Source of the DNA: an uncultured Treponema sp.
GTDB lineage: Bacteria > Spirochaetota > Spirochaetia > Treponematales > Rectinemataceae
DNA: 64,000 bases
Assembly (NCBI GenBank): GCA_964453055.1
Contig: CAYVOD010000001.1
Location: forward strand, 13,118 to 77,117
Direction of reading: 5' to 3'
How positions within the stretch are numbered: the stretch's first letter is position 1; each line of letters opens with the position of its first letter. Positions 43,277-53,135 of this stretch are shown in pieces. Made by a program: the position numbers and the translations under genes. The notes beneath the pieces were generated by a model. That model did no database searches. It was not told the origin of the DNA and worked only from the letters and a program-made list of their open reading frames with translations.

Positions 43277-43305
43277 CGATCTGTTCACCGCAGGGGAGAC
43301 TCGCT

Positions 43306-44475
43306 ATGATATATGAGGGAATTGAGGTACATACAAATGAGAGGATACGTGTCCATACCTCGGACGATCGCATCGAAGCCGTAGAGCGTCTAGCTTCCCG
43401 CGGCAAACCCGATGCCGGAATTCCGGATCCGTCGTATCTCTGTCCGGGATTCATCGATCTGCAGATAAACGGATTCGCTGGCATCGATTACTCAAGCGAA
43501 GGCCTTGGAAGGCCAGAAATCGAGAATATAATCCGAGCCCTCGGCAGCTCGGGGACCGTACGGCACCTCGCCACGGTCATAACCGGCTCCCGGGACAGGA
43601 TCACAGAAAGCTGCGCCTCGATAGCCAGGGCACGTAGAGAAAGCTCCCTCGCCCGAACCGCCATCGCCGGCATTCATATCGAAGGTCCCTATATCTCGCC
43701 CCTGGACGGCCCTCGCGGCGCCCACGATAAAAAGCATGTGAGAAAGCCGAATTACGAGGAGTTCAAGGAATGGCAGGAGGCAGCGAACGGCGCGATCCGA
43801 ATAGTAACGCTGGCGCCGGAGACGGAAGGCGCGATCGATTTCATAGCTAAGATAACCGCCGACGGGGTCATAGCATCTATTGGCCACACAGCGGCCCCGC
43901 CCGAAGCTATCCGCGCCGCCGTCGCCGCCGGAGCTCGGCTTTCGACCCATCTCGGCAACGGCAGCGCCGCGTTGATACCCCGTCTCAAGAATTACATCTG
44001 GAACCAGCTGGCGGAAGACCAGCTTTCGGCATCCATAATCGCCGATGGCTTCCATCTGCCCGACGACGTCTTGAAGGTCTTCGCCAGGACGAAAGGCCTA
44101 GAGCGCCTGATCCTGGTGAGCGACGTGGCGTTCTTGGCAGGGAGCCCCCCAGGGACCTATAACTGGGGCGACATCGTCGTCGAAGTAAATCCCGATGGCC
44201 ACTTGAGCCTCAAGGGAACCGAGTTTCTCGCCGGCGCCGGCCACCTCTTAGATCGCTGCATAGCGCGATTCGCCACCGCGACGAAGGCTTCGCTCACCCA
44301 GACTATAGGCCTCTGCACAGTTAATCCAGCCCGGTTGATAAGGCTTCCACGGGAAGCGACAGAGTTCGTTCCCGGAGCCCCGGCCTGCCTGACTAAATTC
44401 CGCCCCGGCCGCGGAAGGGAAGCGCTGACAGTCGAGACCTGCGTCATCTCAGGGGAAACAGTCTATGGTCGCTGA
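43306..44475 (+). CDS. N-acetylglucosamine-6-phosphate deacetylase (NagA/AgaA) family amidohydrolase
   Basis: The motifs GFIDLQINGFAG (the QxN variant found in E. coli NagA), HIEGPYISP, SIGHTAA, THLGNG and LVSDV are present. The start was moved to Met31 (MIYEG). Confidence 0.75.
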   Translation: MIYEGIEVHTNERIRVHTSDDRIEAVERLASRGKPDAGIPDPSYLCPGFIDLQINGFAGIDYSSEGLGRPEIENIIRALGSSGTVRHLATVITGSRDRITESCASIARARRESSLARTAIAGIHIEGPYISPLDGPRGAHDKKHVRKPNYEEFKEWQEAANGAIRIVTLAPETEGAIDFIAKITADGVIASIGHTAAPPEAIRAAVAAGARLSTHLGNGSAALIPRLKNYIWNQLAEDQLSASIIADGFHLPDDVLKVFARTKGLERLILVSDVAFLAGSPPGTYNWGDIVVEVNPDGHLSLKGTEFLAGAGHLLDRCIARFATATKASLTQTIGLCTVNPARLIRLPREATEFVPGAPACLTKFRPGRGREALTVETCVISGETVYGR

Positions 44476-45250
44476 ACTCCAGAGCATCGAAAAGCAGAAC
44501 CTTTCGAGCATGGTCAAGGAAAATCTCAAATTATACTTCATCAAGAACGGGCTCAAGGCGGGGGATCCCATCCCGACAGAGCTCGAGCTGGCCTCTCGCC
44601 TCAACGTGAGCAGAACCGCGGTGCGCGAAGCCCTTAAAAGCCTGGAAGCGCTGGGGATCATAGAGGTGCGCCCGGGTATAGGCCGTTTCCTCAAGCCCTT
44701 CAATTTCGATGCTATCCTGGAGAATCTCAGCTACGGACTCGATATGGACGGGAACGACTTCTCGGACATCTTGGATGTCAGGATCTCGCTCGAAGGCGTT
44801 TTCCTGGAGCGATATACCGGACATTACGGCGAAATCCAGATCAGGCACCTGCGGGACATAGTCGACGCCATGCGGCGCCTGGTCGCCGACGGAGGAGCCG
44901 AAGCGTCGATGATACAGCTTCATACCTTATTCCATCTTTCTCTCTATCGCGACCAAGGCAATGCCCTTCTCTTGAGCCTCATCAAGATCTTCGCCACGGT
45001 CCAGCGCAGCCTTACGCTGATGAATCGATATCGCACTCAGGACATGATGGAGTTTGTGGGCCTGCACGAAGCCCTGGTCAACGCGATAGAAGAAAAAAAC
45101 CCGGCCAAGGTAAGGCAAATGCTGTTCGAGCATTTCAAGGAGGCGCTCGCCTGGAGCCGCGCCGAGACAGGATCCATCCCCTTCCCCGCGACAGCCGCCC
45201 TAACCGCTGCGGAAGAAGCGGCCAAGTCGCTGAATAGGGAGATTTCATGA
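44465..45250 (+). CDS. GntR family (FadR/FCD subfamily) transcriptional regulator
   Basis: An N-terminal wHTH (LPTELELASRLNVSRTAVREALKSLEALGII) and a C-terminal all-helical FCD-like domain are present. The ORF overlaps the nagA-like stop by 11 nt. The true start could instead be the Met at 44510. Confidence 0.82.
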   Translation: MVAELQSIEKQNLSSMVKENLKLYFIKNGLKAGDPIPTELELASRLNVSRTAVREALKSLEALGIIEVRPGIGRFLKPFNFDAILENLSYGLDMDGNDFSDILDVRISLEGVFLERYTGHYGEIQIRHLRDIVDAMRRLVADGGAEASMIQLHTLFHLSLYRDQGNALLLSLIKIFATVQRSLTLMNRYRTQDMMEFVGLHEALVNAIEEKNPAKVRQMLFEHFKEALAWSRAETGSIPFPATAALTAAEEAAKSLNREIS

Positions 45251-45262
45251 TCGTGGAAAAAT

Positions 45263-45283
45263 CCCGCGATGGAAAGTCGCGGG
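45263..45283 (+). other. small hairpin between gntR and the TRAP binding-protein gene
   Basis: CCCGCGA-TGGAAAG-TCGCGGG (7-bp stem) is followed by TT. It may be a partial terminator or an mRNA processing site. Confidence 0.3.
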
Positions 45284-45311
45284 TTATGCAATTGCCAAGG
45301 AGGAGAATTCG

Positions 45312-46334
45312 ATGAAAAAATTCATCATCGTGCTAATCGCGGCCGCGCTTCTCGCGCCAATCGCGCTCGCGCAAACCCAGGGAGCCTCGGCGGAGAAGAA
45401 ATTCACCCTCAAGCTCGCCGGAATAAAAACACCCGAGGATCCCGCGAGCAAGGCGATGGAAAAATTCGCCGAGCTGGTGGGCAAGAACACGTCAGGGACC
45501 ATTTCGGTCAAGACCTTCAACAACAGCGTGCTCGGTTCGATCAACGACATGTTGAGCGGCATGCCCAATGGCATAACCGACCTGTTCTACAACACGCTGT
45601 CCTGCTACAGCTGGCTAGGTGGCGCGAAAGTGTTCAATGCCGTCTCCGCTCCCTTCATCTGGGACAATTATGACCAGCTCCAGGCTTTCCTTGATTCCGA
45701 GGTAGGCCAGGCCTGGTTCGAGGAAGCGGCCGCCAAGACTGGCGTCCGCGTGCTAGCTGCCGTCGGCGAGCTGCCGCCCCGTGAGCTGACGTCCAACAAG
45801 CCGGTCAGGTCAGCCGCCGATTTCGTCGGGCTCAAGGTGAGGACCGCCGAATCCGCCCTGGTCCAGCAGACGATGAAAAAACTGGGCGCCACCCCTGTGG
45901 TTGTTCCTTTCGCCGATCTCTACCTCGCCCTCCGCCAGGGCACGGTTGACGCGCAGGAGAACAATTTCATCACGGTCAAGAGCTCGAGCCTCTTCGAGGT
46001 GCAGAAGTACTTCATGAAGACCGACTACATAAGGGACGTCTCAGCCATATTCATCAGCGAGAATGTCTGGAAGCAGATGTCTTCGGCCCAGCGGGCGGTC
46101 GTGAAGGACGCCGCCGTCCAGGCATGCAAATTCGAAGCTGAGCAGATCGCCGCCCAAATGAACGCCACGATGGAGTTCTTGAAGAAGAACATGACCTACG
46201 TCGATGTCGACGTAAAATCCATCCAGGACAAGCTGGGAGCCAATATTTACCAGGAGTTCGACAAGGCGGGGCAGTTGTGGCCGACCGGCACCGTCGACAA
46301 GATCTTCGATTTCAAGGCGAAGTATAAGAAATAG
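45312..46334 (+). CDS. TRAP transporter substrate-binding protein (DctP family)
   Basis: A signal peptide is followed by a DctP-type SBP pattern (KLAGIKTPEDP..., LKVRT.ES....TMKKLGATPV...FADLYLALRQGTVDAQEN). GGAGG lies upstream. Confidence 0.85.
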   Translation: MKKFIIVLIAAALLAPIALAQTQGASAEKKFTLKLAGIKTPEDPASKAMEKFAELVGKNTSGTISVKTFNNSVLGSINDMLSGMPNGITDLFYNTLSCYSWLGGAKVFNAVSAPFIWDNYDQLQAFLDSEVGQAWFEEAAAKTGVRVLAAVGELPPRELTSNKPVRSAADFVGLKVRTAESALVQQTMKKLGATPVVVPFADLYLALRQGTVDAQENNFITVKSSSLFEVQKYFMKTDYIRDVSAIFISENVWKQMSSAQRAVVKDAAVQACKFEAEQIAAQMNATMEFLKKNMTYVDVDVKSIQDKLGANIYQEFDKAGQLWPTGTVDKIFDFKAKYKK

Positions 46335-46470
46335 CGAAGCTCCCGAGCCGGGCTCGGAAGATTCGCTTTCGGATTCAAATCTGAGCGGGGTGCCGTTTAA
46401 ATTCGGAACGGCGCCCCAGCGTCAAGCTGGATTCATCATCGGTGAGCCAGCTCCGGTTAGGAAGCGTGAT

Positions 46471-47766
46471 ATGGCAATACTCATAATTTTTATCCTGATG
46501 TTTCTGCTCATGTTCCTCGGCATGGATATTTTCGTCTCCATGGCGGTTGCCGGAAGCGCGTATCTCTTCGCAACCGGGAACGGTCCTATTTCCATCATTT
46601 CCAACAACATGGTCAACGGACTTTCCAACATGTCGCTTCTCTGCATTCCTTTCTTCATACTGGTCGGCGAGCTGATGAACGTATCCGGCATGACAGACAA
46701 GACCTTGAAATTCGCGCTCTTTTTCATCGGAAAGATCAAAGGAGGCTTGGCCCACGCCTGCATCATCGTCAACGTAATATTTTCACTGGTCTCGGGCTCG
46801 GGCCCGGCCGACGCCGCCGCCATATCTCCAATTCTGCTTCCCCAGATGAAGAAGCAAGGATACGACGAGGATTTTTCGGCGGCGCTCAACGCCGCAGCCG
46901 CCGTGCTCGGACCGATAATCCCACCCGGCATACCGATGGTCTTCCTAGCGCTGATCACCAATCTGTCGATCGGCCGGCTATTCCTGGGAGCCATGATCCC
47001 CGGCTTGATCATGGCAGGCTTTCTGCATCTTCTCGTTATCCTGAAGATCCGCAAGATGAACCTGTTGCCCACCGACGAATACCGCATGACGTGGAAGGGT
47101 TTCTGGACGGTGCTGCGCGAATCCTTCCTTTCGCTGATGGCCCCGGTCATCATAATCGCCGGCGTATTCACGGGGATAGCGACCATTACGGAAATCGCGA
47201 TCCTCGCCTCCGCGTATGTGCTTTTCGTAGGGGTTTTCGTTTACAAAAAAATCACGATCAAGAACCTGTTCGAGGTATTCAAGAAGACGGCTCAATTCTC
47301 GGCAACGATTATGGCACTGTTCGCGGTGGCGGGCATCTTCTCCTATCTGATCGCTGTCGAGGGTCTGGGCAAAGCCTTGGAACAGCTCGTCCTACAATTC
47401 AATCCGTCACCGTTCGTGTTCCTTGTCTTAGTGAATATTTTCTTCCTGTTTCTGGGAATGATCATGGACGCGGTCCCGGCCATGCTGATTTTCTGCCCCA
47501 TGCTACTCCCCATCGCCACGAAGCTCGGCATCGACCCGACTCATTTCGGGATAGTAATCATAAGCAATCTCATGATCGGGCTTCTGACTCCCCCCGTCGG
47601 CGGTCTTCTTTTCATCGAGTCAAAATTGTCGGGTCTCTCATTCGAGCGGATAGCGCGGGCTTCGCTGCCCTTCGTAGGCGTTCTGCTGCTGTCACTGATC
47701 GTAATCACCTACGTGCCCTGGGTAGTGACGTGGCTGCCGAACCTGGTTTTCGGAGTAGCGAGGTAA
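46471..47766 (+). CDS. TRAP transporter large permease (DctM family)
   Basis: 431 aa and polytopic with a DctM-like sequence. The start was moved to Met28 (MAILIIFIL), downstream of AGGAAG. Confidence 0.85.
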   Translation: MAILIIFILMFLLMFLGMDIFVSMAVAGSAYLFATGNGPISIISNNMVNGLSNMSLLCIPFFILVGELMNVSGMTDKTLKFALFFIGKIKGGLAHACIIVNVIFSLVSGSGPADAAAISPILLPQMKKQGYDEDFSAALNAAAAVLGPIIPPGIPMVFLALITNLSIGRLFLGAMIPGLIMAGFLHLLVILKIRKMNLLPTDEYRMTWKGFWTVLRESFLSLMAPVIIIAGVFTGIATITEIAILASAYVLFVGVFVYKKITIKNLFEVFKKTAQFSATIMALFAVAGIFSYLIAVEGLGKALEQLVLQFNPSPFVFLVLVNIFFLFLGMIMDAVPAMLIFCPMLLPIATKLGIDPTHFGIVIISNLMIGLLTPPVGGLLFIESKLSGLSFERIARASLPFVGVLLLSLIVITYVPWVVTWLPNLVFGVAR

Positions 47767-47770
47767 TATC

Positions 47771-48271
47771 GTGAAAAAAGCATTTGACAAGATCGCGCAA
47801 CTTCAACTATTCGTCGCGAGCGTGCTGTTCTTCGTTATTTTCCTGGTAAATATGCTGGAAATCGTCGGCCGCTCGGCGTTCAACCATTCCTTCCTCTGGG
47901 TATCCGATTTCAGCGTCATCTGCGTCGTCTGGATGATCTGTCTCGCCATGGCGGCATGCATCCACTACAAGGAACATCTGTTCATGGACTTTCTCGCCCG
48001 CAAGCTTCCGACTAAACTGAGGCAGGGTTTGAATATCGTGATTTCATCGATCAGCTTCGCTTTTTTCGTGATGCTTTTTCTCACCGGCCTTCGTACCGCA
48101 GCGACCAAGGCTTCGCTTATCTTCCCATCGATACAATGGTCGATGGTATGGTCCTTCGCAGCGCTTCCGGTATTCGCGTTTTTCTCGGCGCTCTTCATGG
48201 TCCCGAGATTGATCGATCTTTTCAAGGGAAAGGATCCGCATGAGGGCGTCGAACTGGAGTCAATTTTTTAA
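47771..48271 (+). CDS. TRAP transporter small permease (DctQ family)
   Basis: 166 aa with four TM helices and a GTG start. It is located after, not before, the large permease gene. Confidence 0.75.
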   Translation: MKKAFDKIAQLQLFVASVLFFVIFLVNMLEIVGRSAFNHSFLWVSDFSVICVVWMICLAMAACIHYKEHLFMDFLARKLPTKLRQGLNIVISSISFAFFVMLFLTGLRTAATKASLIFPSIQWSMVWSFAALPVFAFFSALFMVPRLIDLFKGKDPHEGVELESIF

Positions 48272-48284
48272 GCGGGCGGCCGGT

Positions 48285-48617
48285 ATGAAGATTGTTGTCA
48301 ACGAATCGGAAGTGGTTCCCGTCAAGTTGGGCGATTATGACTATACTCCCCTACTCTCCGCGGAGAACGGCTGCCTGGCAGGATGCAGCGCCGGCCTGCT
48401 TCTTTATACCCAGGAGGAATTTCGCCAAGGCGGAGTCCACGAGGATCAAGAAGGATTTTTCGTCCTCGAAGGAAGCGGCAGCGCGCTTATAGGAGAAAGC
48501 GAGTTTCCGCTCTCCCCGGGCTCTTGTTTCTTCGTTCCGCCGGGATCGTATCATTCGATCAAAAAGAATCCGGAATGCGAGCACATCAAGTTATTTTTCT
48601 TCCACGCGGCGGTTTGA
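48285..48617 (+). CDS. small cupin-domain protein
   Basis: A single cupin barrel (GVHEDQEGFFVLEGSG...FFVPPGSYHS). The start is taken at the internal Met (MKIVVNE). Confidence 0.6.
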   Translation: MKIVVNESEVVPVKLGDYDYTPLLSAENGCLAGCSAGLLLYTQEEFRQGGVHEDQEGFFVLEGSGSALIGESEFPLSPGSCFFVPPGSYHSIKKNPECEHIKLFFFHAAV

Positions 48618-48660
48618 CGGTTTTTAGGCCGCCGCGCATCACACTCACAAGGATGCGACT

Positions 48661-49422
48661 ATGAACAAGGAGATCGAGCAGTACAAAACGGTTATCGCTT
48701 CGTTGTTCGGGGAAATCACTACCGAGGACGCGGCGGTTAAGAAAGCGGCGGCGGCAATCGGCGAGTCGATCATGAAGGACAAGGTTGTCCATGTCATCGG
48801 CCCCGGCGGGCACTCCAATATGGCGGTGGAAGAAATGTTTTCCCGCGCCGGAGGATTCGCCTGCATGAACGCGATACTGGATCCGGGGACCAACCTCAGC
48901 CACGGCGGCTTCAGGTCCCTCAAGGTCGAGCGGGTTCCTGGCTATGCCAACGCGGTGTTGAGCTCCTACGGCGTCGGCAAGACTCCCGACGAGGTTCTTA
49001 TCATCGTCAACGCATACGGGATCAACGCGATGACGATAGACTGCGCCCTGTACGCAAAAAAGCTAGGCGTGAAGACCATAGCCATCACTTCCACTTCCTT
49101 CGCGGACAAGATCCCGAAGGATCATCCCTCGCGGCATCCCACAGGAGCCAACCTCTACCAGTCCGTCGACATTTTCATCAACAACCATCTGCCGTACGGC
49201 GACGCGATACTCTCGGTGGAAGGCTGCGAGCAGAACGTCGGGCCTACCTCCACCTTTTGCAATTGCTTCACGGTCAATTTCCTCATCGTGGAGACTTGCA
49301 AGTATCTCGTATCGAAAGGGTATACGCCCCCCATTTTCCGGAGCGGAAACTTGCCCGGCGGAGACGAGTACAACAAGAGCCTTCTGGAAAAATACACTGG
49401 AAGGGCGATTTTGCTTTTCTGA
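48661..49422 (+). CDS. SIS (sugar isomerase) domain protein, UPF0309-like
   Basis: The motifs VHVIGPGGHSNMAVEEMFSRAGG and a second SIS segment (VLIIVNAYGINAMTID.A..AKKLG...IAITS) are present. Confidence 0.7.
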   Translation: MNKEIEQYKTVIASLFGEITTEDAAVKKAAAAIGESIMKDKVVHVIGPGGHSNMAVEEMFSRAGGFACMNAILDPGTNLSHGGFRSLKVERVPGYANAVLSSYGVGKTPDEVLIIVNAYGINAMTIDCALYAKKLGVKTIAITSTSFADKIPKDHPSRHPTGANLYQSVDIFINNHLPYGDAILSVEGCEQNVGPTSTFCNCFTVNFLIVETCKYLVSKGYTPPIFRSGNLPGGDEYNKSLLEKYTGRAILLF

Positions 49423-49468
49423 AACCGCCGTTCGATTTATGGCTTGCCGCTGCCTGATTTAAGCCGGA

Positions 49469-49518
49469 GCCGCGGAGTCAAGACCAAAAGCGCTGCCTTT
49501 TGGGCTTGACTCCGCGGC
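49469..49518. terminator. long hairpin between convergent genes (SIS gene / LysM-M23 gene)
   Basis: GCCGCGGAGTCAAG ... CTTGACTCCGCGGC (14 bp) is extended by an inner CCAAAAG/CTTTTGG helix. No clear U-tract is present. Confidence 0.5.
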
Positions 49519-49552
49519 GGCGAAAAAGAAATTGGAGGAAATCGCTGTTCTT

Positions 49553-50551
49553 TCAGTCCCTTGGAGCCAAGGCAGGGTCTATCGGCTGGCCGTTCCTGAA
49601 CACGAAGAAATAGGCGATCGGGGATCCATCCTTGGCATCCAATCCGATCCTGCCGATTTCCTTCCCGGAGCCCACTTGGTCACCGGTTTTAACGTTAAGA
49701 GTCTCGTTGCCGCCGTAGACATAGACATAGCCTGACTTGGCTTGAACGAAGACTACCTGGTTAAAACCCCTCGATGGCCCGGCGGAAACGACGGTACCCG
49801 AAGCGATCGTCCTTGCTGATTCCCCAGGGGCCACCTTGAACATGATCCCTTCGAGCTTGCCGTCCAGGTACATGGCCTGCCCTTTTGCGGGCCATACGAG
49901 ATTGGGATCCACGGTTTTATTCTGGGTCTTGACCGGATCGGGCATGGGCACGGCCGGTTGAGACTGGGCGGAGACCGAGGCCGGCTGCGGAGGCAATGTC
50001 GTGTTCGGCACCAGGGAGGGCTGGGTTGTCGGTACGGCCAGTGTGGTTCCAGGCGTCGCGATTGTCGCGGGCGATGGTGACGAAGCATTTGGAGAGGCAT
50101 CGCCCGGCTTGTCTTGGGCATCGGCCTTGGCGGCAGTCGCCTGGGGAGGGGGAATCAGGTTGCCGTCGACGATCGATCCTTCCCTGTTGCCGGGAATGAC
50201 GAGGATATCGTCGACTTTCAGGATATAAGAGCTATTAAGCTTGTTCGCCGAGAGCAGTTCCTGCAGGCTTATGCCATACTGTCGCGCTATCCCGTAGAGG
50301 GTCTCGCCCTTGGCCACCCTGTGGACCGACGGAATTATGAGCACGGTGCCGATCTTCATCTTAGTCGGATCGGTGATATTGTTGGCCGCGGCCAAGGCTT
50401 CATAGGGAACATTGTACTTTCGCGAAATCGAATAGAGGGTTTCGCCTTTAGCAAGGATATGGCTGGCCGCCTTCCCTTCAGCCGCGGCGAGAAGGGTGGC
50501 GGTGAATAGGAAAAACACTGCCGTTATGCATAATTTTGCGCGTCGTTTCAT
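49553..50551 (-). CDS. LysM-domain protein with a degenerate M23/LytM domain (NlpD/EnvC-like)
   Basis: A signal peptide is followed by two LysM repeats (GETLYSISRKYNV..., GETLYGIARQYGI...), a Pro/Ser/Thr-rich linker and a C-terminal LytM fold. The LytM fold lacks the HxxxD and HxH metal ligands. The start was moved to Met53 (MKRRAKL). Confidence 0.8.
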   Translation of the reverse strand: MKRRAKLCITAVFFLFTATLLAAAEGKAASHILAKGETLYSISRKYNVPYEALAAANNITDPTKMKIGTVLIIPSVHRVAKGETLYGIARQYGISLQELLSANKLNSSYILKVDDILVIPGNREGSIVDGNLIPPPQATAAKADAQDKPGDASPNASSPSPATIATPGTTLAVPTTQPSLVPNTTLPPQPASVSAQSQPAVPMPDPVKTQNKTVDPNLVWPAKGQAMYLDGKLEGIMFKVAPGESARTIASGTVVSAGPSRGFNQVVFVQAKSGYVYVYGGNETLNVKTGDQVGSGKEIGRIGLDAKDGSPIAYFFVFRNGQPIDPALAPRD

Positions 50552-50775
50552 ATGTCTTTTCGGTTTATCGGCAAAAACATAGTGACAATTGAGGATAATC
50601 CTGTCCCTGCCCGGCTTATTCGTCAGCGCCGGCTCCGACACCGTGCTGGGGGGATGCGGCCGGCTCCTATTGATGGTTAGCCTCGACTCGGACAGCGGCT
50701 TCCGCAAGCTATCCCTTTTCTTTTTGGCGCTAAACGGATAGTATTAACTATATTTAGCTTAGGAGATCAGGAACG

Positions 50776-52434
50776 ATGCTGGAACGCTCCCCCCTGCACA
50801 ACGCGAGGTTCGCTTATATTCCTAAAATGCCCGAAATCCTCGGATCCTCTCTCGCCGCGATCGAAGCCGTTCCGGTATCGGTGGTGGAACCCGAACGGGA
50901 CAGGGATACGCTGAAGAAAATATTCTCTCACAGTTACGGTAAGCCTGCGATACGATTCAGCGCCGGCAGCAACCCTTCCTCCCGCAGGGCGATGATCCTG
51001 GGCGTTCTCCTTTCCGGAGGCCCTGCACCCGGAGGGCATAATGTCATTGCCGGGCTTTTCGACGGCTTGAAAAAAGCCTCCCCCGATTCCAGGCTTATAG
51101 GCTTCAAAGGCGGCCCCGGGGGGTTGGTGGATGACAAATTCCAGGAGATCGATGCCGCGCTGGTAGATTCCTACAGGAATACCGGCGGATTCGACATGAT
51201 AGGCTCGGGCAGGACCAAGATCGAGAGTCCCGAACAGTTCGCCAAGGCATTGGCCGTATCCCTTGAACATAAACTGGACGCCCTGGTGGTTGTCGGCGGG
51301 GACGACTCCAACACCAACGCGGCTCTCCTGGCTGAATATTTCGCTTCCCATGGCGCGGACATCGCCGTGGTGGGAGTTCCGAAAACCATAGACGGAGACC
51401 TCAAGAACGAATGGATAGAGGCGTCCTTCGGCTTCGACACCGCGACCAAGGTATATTCAGAACTGATCGGCAATATCTGCCGGGACGCCCCCTCTGGAAG
51501 AAAATACTGGCATTTTATCAGGCTGATGGGCCGTTCGGCATCCCATATCGCCCTTGAATGCGCCTTGCAGACAAGGCCAAACGTGGCCCTGATCTCGGAG
51601 GAGGTCGAGGCCAAGAAAACAAGCCTATCGGCCATTGTGGGAACGATAGCCGATTCGGTCGCCGCCCGGGCCGCCGTAGGCGAAAATTTCGGCGTCGTCC
51701 TCATCCCCGAAGGTCTTATAGAGTTCATTCCCGAGATGAAGGTTCTGATAGCGAGCATCAACGAATCCCTCGCCAAGGAGGCCGAAGTCTTTAAGGCCCT
51801 GCCCTCACTGGAAGCCCAGATAGGATTTATCGCCGAGCGCCTTCCAGGGCTTTCCAGGGCTCTTTTCCTCTCCCTTCCCTCGGATATCCGCGCGCAGCTT
51901 TGCTGGGACAGGGATCCCCACGGCAATGTCCAGGTTTCACGGATCGAAACCGAAAAGCTCCTGGTAGCTATGGTCAGGGAAAGGCTTGCCTCGATGCAGG
52001 CCGAGGGCAGGTACAAGGGCAAGTTCGACTATCAGACTCATTTCATGGGCTACGAGGGCAGGTGCGCCTTTCCGACTAACTTCGACGCGGATTACTGCTA
52101 CTCCTTAGGTTTTACCGCGTTTCTCTTGGCCCTCAACGGGCTTTCGGGCTATATCGCTTCGATACGAAAGCTCGCAGCTCCCGCCTCGGAGTGGATACCC
52201 GGAGGCATACCGCTGGTTTCCATGATGAATATCGAACGCCGCCATGGCGCGGACAAGCCAGTGATCCAGAAAGCCCTGGTCGAGCTCGAGGGCGAGGCGT
52301 TCAAGCATTTCGCCTCGCAGCGGGAAGACTGGTCGAAATCTTCGGATTACCGCTTGCCGGGAAGCATCCAGTACTTCGGCCCGCCCGCCGTGACGGATAT
52401 GCCGAGCATCCTGCTGCAGATAGAAGGAAAATGA
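50776..52434 (+). CDS. pfp: diphosphate--fructose-6-phosphate 1-phosphotransferase (PPi-PFK, long form)
   Basis: 552 aa with the motifs [30 protein letters not shown] and [11 protein letters not shown]. Confidence 0.9.
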   Translation: MLERSPLHNARFAYIPKMPEILGSSLAAIEAVPVSVVEPERDRDTLKKIFSHSYGKPAIRFSAGSNPSSRRAMILGVLLSGGPAPGGHNVIAGLFDGLKKASPDSRLIGFKGGPGGLVDDKFQEIDAALVDSYRNTGGFDMIGSGRTKIESPEQFAKALAVSLEHKLDALVVVGGDDSNTNAALLAEYFASHGADIAVVGVPKTIDGDLKNEWIEASFGFDTATKVYSELIGNICRDAPSGRKYWHFIRLMGRSASHIALECALQTRPNVALISEEVEAKKTSLSAIVGTIADSVAARAAVGENFGVVLIPEGLIEFIPEMKVLIASINESLAKEAEVFKALPSLEAQIGFIAERLPGLSRALFLSLPSDIRAQLCWDRDPHGNVQVSRIETEKLLVAMVRERLASMQAEGRYKGKFDYQTHFMGYEGRCAFPTNFDADYCYSLGFTAFLLALNGLSGYIASIRKLAAPASEWIPGGIPLVSMMNIERRHGADKPVIQKALVELEGEAFKHFASQREDWSKSSDYRLPGSIQYFGPPAVTDMPSILLQIEGK

Positions 52435-52438
52435 GCGT

Positions 52439-53116
52439 ATGAAGAGAAGATTATTCCTAATTTCGACGCTGTTCGTTTGCGCCATGGCAGTCTTCGCTCA
52501 GGATATAGCCACGGCTGAGCAATTTTTCGCCAAGGTGTCGGATCGCTACGCGGAAATTTACGATTACGAAGCGGCCATACAGATTAGTTCCAGCGGCCAG
52601 ATAATGAAGGGCAAGCTTTTCTTCAAGTCGCCCTCCCTTCTCAGGATCGATTTTACCCAGCCCGCGGACCAGGTGATCGTTTTCGACGGAGAGCGATTGG
52701 TTGTCTACATACCCCAATACAGGGCTGTGCTTCAGCAGGAAACGGGAAGCGCCGGGCTGGGCGCCGCCTCGGTCGCCCTCGCTTCCAGGGAGGGGCTTTC
52801 CATGATGAAGCGCAACTATACCATAGCCTGGGAAAAATCCCCGCCCCAGGCCGAACCCCTCGACGGGACTTCGGGTGAGATGGTCCAACGGCTCATGCTG
52901 ACCAGAAAAACCGTCTCCGAGGGTTTCAAGACCGTGCGGATATCGGTTTCGGAATCCAGTCTTCTCATGCTGCGTTTGGAAGGGTGGACTGTGGCGAACG
53001 AAAAAATTTCCTTCGATCTTTCGTCCATGAAGCTGAATCAAAATATTCCAGCGACTAGGTTTCTATACGACGCGCCAGCCAGCGCGAACGTATACAATAA
53101 TTTCCTTTTTCAATAG
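52439..53116 (+). CDS. LolA-like outer-membrane lipoprotein carrier family protein
   Basis: A signal peptide is followed by the LolA-like stretch GKLFFKSPSLLRIDFTQPADQVIVFDGERLVVYIPQ. Confidence 0.6.
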   Translation: MKRRLFLISTLFVCAMAVFAQDIATAEQFFAKVSDRYAEIYDYEAAIQISSSGQIMKGKLFFKSPSLLRIDFTQPADQVIVFDGERLVVYIPQYRAVLQQETGSAGLGAASVALASREGLSMMKRNYTIAWEKSPPQAEPLDGTSGEMVQRLMLTRKTVSEGFKTVRISVSESSLLMLRLEGWTVANEKISFDLSSMKLNQNIPATRFLYDAPASANVYNNFLFQ

Positions 53117-53135
53117 GGCGAGGTGAGATAGGCGA

